This document shows, one piece after another, positions 61,236 to 64,000 of a DNA stretch of 64,000 nt. This DNA comes from Candidatus Poribacteria bacterium (GTDB lineage Bacteria > Poribacteria > WGA-4E > WGA-3G), in NCBI GenBank assembly GCA_964291315.2, contig OZ219750.1, positions 352,001 to 416,000 of the forward strand, read 5' to 3'. The position numbers and the translations under genes were made by a program. The notes under the pieces are model-generated. The model saw nothing but the letters and a program-made list of their open reading frames with translations, had not been told where the DNA came from and ran no database searches. The number at the start of each line of letters is the position of its first letter. Position 1 is the stretch's first letter.

Positions 61236-62429
61236 ATGCGGATTATTCTTTATACGGGTAAAGGGGGCGTTGGTAAAACGACCATCGCTGCAGCGACGGG
61301 TATCAGGCTTGCTGAACTTGGTTATAAGACTATAGTGATCTCCTTGGATGTTGCTCATTCACTTCGTGATGCTTTTGACACCCATGAAAAATTAGTCTAT
61401 CAGCCCGAAAAAAAACAGATGCAGATCAAGGAGAATCTTTGGGTCCAGGAGATTAACGTTCAGGAGGCGATCGTTGAATACTGGGACGATGTGTACAACT
61501 ATATTCGTTCGTTGCTCAATCGATCGGGCCTCGACAGTCTTGTTGCAGAGGAGATAGCAGTATTTCCGGGAATGGAGGAGATCTGTGCCCTCCTTTATAT
61601 TAATCAATATGCCCGCGAAAAGCAGTACGATGTGATTATCTTGGACTGTGCCCCCACGGGGGAGTCGCTGCGGTTTGTCAGTATTCCGACGACGCTAGAG
61701 TGGTACATGAACCACGTTTTCAGATTAGAGCGGGGGCTCGCAAAGGTTGCGGGTCCAGTAATTGAACGTGTCAGTTCAGTGCCGATTCCGAAAGATAATT
61801 ACTTTCAAAACATTCAAGATCTCTTTGATAAATTGGATGGGGTTGACAATGTGTTGACGAATCCGGAAATCACGACAGTTCGGTTAGTGACGAACCCTGA
61901 AAAAATTGTTATCAAAGAGACGCAGCGGGCGTTTATGTACTTTTGCCTTTATGGGCTCTGTATTGATGCTGTCATTATCAATCGTATCTTCCCGGATGGC
62001 GTTGATACTGCCTATTTTGAAGCATGGAAGCAGACACAGCAACACTATATTGAAGAGGCAGCGAACTATTTCTCGGATGTGCCGATTTGGAAGGTGAACC
62101 TTTTTGCTGAAGAAATTGTGGGTGAAGAAGGACTGCACCGGTTAGCAGATGCTCTCTATGCCGAGGTTGACCCCGCGGAGCGGTTTTCTAATGAAAGCCC
62201 GTACCAGTTCCAAAAAACAGCGGGCGCATATCAGTTATTAATGCGTCTGCCATTCCTGAGCAAGGAAGAGATCGAATTGACAAAACATGGTGATGAATTG
62301 ATTGTTACAATCGGTAATTTCAAGCAACACGTTGCATTGCCGCGGAGCCTCTCAAATAAAAAAACAATTGGGGCGAAACTGATTGACGGCCAACTTATCG
62401 TTAAGTTTCAAGGGGAAAACGGCAGATAG
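61236..62429 (+). CDS. ArsA/GET3-family ATPase with C-terminal HSP20-like domain
   Basis: TGKGGVGKTT, SLDVAHSL, DCAPTGE, VRLVTNPE; C-terminal alpha-crystallin-like segment. Confidence 0.92.
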   Translation: MRIILYTGKGGVGKTTIAAATGIRLAELGYKTIVISLDVAHSLRDAFDTHEKLVYQPEKKQMQIKENLWVQEINVQEAIVEYWDDVYNYIRSLLNRSGLDSLVAEEIAVFPGMEEICALLYINQYAREKQYDVIILDCAPTGESLRFVSIPTTLEWYMNHVFRLERGLAKVAGPVIERVSSVPIPKDNYFQNIQDLFDKLDGVDNVLTNPEITTVRLVTNPEKIVIKETQRAFMYFCLYGLCIDAVIINRIFPDGVDTAYFEAWKQTQQHYIEEAANYFSDVPIWKVNLFAEEIVGEEGLHRLADALYAEVDPAERFSNESPYQFQKTAGAYQLLMRLPFLSKEEIELTKHGDELIVTIGNFKQHVALPRSLSNKKTIGAKLIDGQLIVKFQGENGR

Positions 62430-62446
62430 AGATAGACTCAAAACAG

Positions 62447-63196
62447 ATGGCAAGCAAGACGGACAAAGCGGTTTTTGCTGTAACAGGGACAACACTTTTA
62501 ACGTTCTTAATAGGAAACCGCGTTGGCAGTATTTGGATTCTGTATCCGAACATATTGATCGCAATCGTTCTATTCACCTATGGTATTAGGCAGATTGGCG
62601 AAGCTGCCTCGCTGCTCTTGAGTAGTTTCGTTTTTGGTCTTGCGACGACGATGGCATATGTGCCGATGGATTGGCTGTTTTCCCGGAAGGCACGTCTAAT
62701 CTTTTATTTGCGTTCAGATTTTCTGGCGAGCGTAACGACCCCTATTGGGATAATCCTGAATTGGATTGTATTTGCGACACTGGCAGCTTACTGTTATCAG
62801 AGGCTCGTGATGATTTTCCGATCCCGTTTTACTGCTGAGTCCGGGGATTCCTTGGGTGGTTTCATAGGCATAGGCGTGTTGGCAGCTGGTGTTACGAGTA
62901 TAGTGACTGCGCTAGGGAGTATTGTTGTTTACGGGCTTGGTGCCTCACATTTTTGGGAATGGAATGCGTTGCAAATAGAGCAGATGCCCCAGATTGCCTC
63001 GGTTCCAGTGTTTGTACCCTTTAGTTTTCTATTCACCTTTCTGTTATGTCCATATTTTTTCGGTGTAGTTGTTAAAGCTGAAGAGGCTCAGCGAGGTCGT
63101 CGGAATCAACATGCCGGTGTTGCTGGTATAAGATGTGGCATCTTTATGGGTGCACTTCAGTTTTTCAGTTTTCTTCTTTTTTTTGTCTGGAAATAG
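62447..63196 (+). CDS. hypothetical polytopic membrane protein
   Basis: About 7 hydrophobic segments; 17 nt after the ArsA-like gene. Confidence 0.7.
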   Translation: MASKTDKAVFAVTGTTLLTFLIGNRVGSIWILYPNILIAIVLFTYGIRQIGEAASLLLSSFVFGLATTMAYVPMDWLFSRKARLIFYLRSDFLASVTTPIGIILNWIVFATLAAYCYQRLVMIFRSRFTAESGDSLGGFIGIGVLAAGVTSIVTALGSIVVYGLGASHFWEWNALQIEQMPQIASVPVFVPFSFLFTFLLCPYFFGVVVKAEEAQRGRRNQHAGVAGIRCGIFMGALQFFSFLLFFVWK

Positions 63197-63337
63197 ATGT
63201 GAATTGACATTATAGAGAAAATAGAGGTGCTGTGATAGAGAAATCGACAAATTTTTCTCCTTTAACTAATCTTTATGGTCATTTAATACGTCTATTGATA
63301 AGAACCTTTTAATTTGGAACAAGGAAAGTAATGCAAA

Positions 63338-63874
63338 ATGCGAATTCGATCAACAACGATTTTGGCCGTTCGTCGTGATGGAGAGGTTGCTATTGGTGGT
63401 GATGGTCAAGTGACTTTAGGCGACACTGCTATTAAACATGGGGCCCGGAAGATCCGTAAGATTCACGACAATAGGGTGCTGATCGGTTTCGCGGGTTCTG
63501 CCTCGGATGCAATCACCTTATATGAAAATTTGGAGAAGAGGCTGCAACAGTATCGTGGAAATTTGCAAAAATCAGCAGTGGAACTTGCACGAGAGTGGCG
63601 CAGCGATCGGGTACTCAGACAAGTGGATGCGCTGATGATTGCTATAGATGTCTACGACGGCTATCTGATTTCAGGGAATGGCGATGTGATTGCTCCTGAC
63701 GATGATGTGCTGGCAATCGGTTCTGGCGCGCCGATTGCTCTTGCGGCGGCGAAGGTTCTACTCAAACATTCAGAGCTGACTGCCAAGGAAATTATTTCAG
63801 AAGCACTCCAACTTACTAGTGAGATATGTATCTATACGAATGCTCAAATTGAGATTGCCACAATAGAGAAATAG
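63338..63874 (+). CDS. hslV: ATP-dependent protease subunit HslV (ClpQ)
   Basis: TTILAVRR, GDGQVTLG, GFAGS, AIGSG, ICIYTN. Confidence 0.96.
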   Translation: MRIRSTTILAVRRDGEVAIGGDGQVTLGDTAIKHGARKIRKIHDNRVLIGFAGSASDAITLYENLEKRLQQYRGNLQKSAVELAREWRSDRVLRQVDALMIAIDVYDGYLISGNGDVIAPDDDVLAIGSGAPIALAAAKVLLKHSELTAKEIISEALQLTSEICIYTNAQIEIATIEK

Positions 63875-64000
63875 TGCGCGATGCTATACAAGCAGCAGTG
63901 CCTTAGGATTATTCATGACTATTTCATAGTATGTACGGAAGAATGCCGGGCTTCATCCATGTAATAGCGTTGTGAGATAGTTAGTAGATTTAATAGCTTT

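Noticed and set aside
61236-62429. Arsenic resistance operon
   Set aside because: Single-domain GET3-like ATPase with an HSP20 tail; no arsB, arsC or arsR nearby
63875-64000. hslV lacking hslU
   Set aside because: The window ends 126 nt after hslV, so this cannot be judged

Overview
Bacterial chromosomal window of about 48-50% GC (visual estimate). Gene content and a recurring C-terminal 'KLTTxWxxLK' protein tail suggest Candidatus Poribacteria; this is an inference, and no rRNA is present. Housekeeping genes: murA, tkt, ppk2, larC, sppA, secA, purA, rpsI/rplM, hslV, tRNA-Glu and tRNA-Lys. These are interleaved with accessory regions. Main observations: (1) six signal-peptide proteins from four families share a conserved C-terminal tail that looks like an undescribed sorting/secretion signal; (2) a hidden selenoprotein (in-frame TGA in a W-U-G-C redoxin motif plus a SECIS-like hairpin) is coupled to a monoheme cytochrome c; (3) a tandem pair of ~950-aa lamin-tail-domain surface genes has variable N-termini, one perfect promoter, and a distant inverted partial copy; (4) a duplicated two-gene cassette of uncharacterised secreted proteins; (5) a type IIG-like methyltransferase broken at a G9 tract and a second one-base loss; (6) a sigma-70 factor with an internally duplicated region 1.2-2; (7) a DUF4041/DUF1828/MTase-Mrr defence-like cluster; (8) a Yip1 gene next to a bacteriocin-like peptide; (9) degenerate heptamer intergenic repeats. 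Family assignments come from motif recognition by eye, not database searches.
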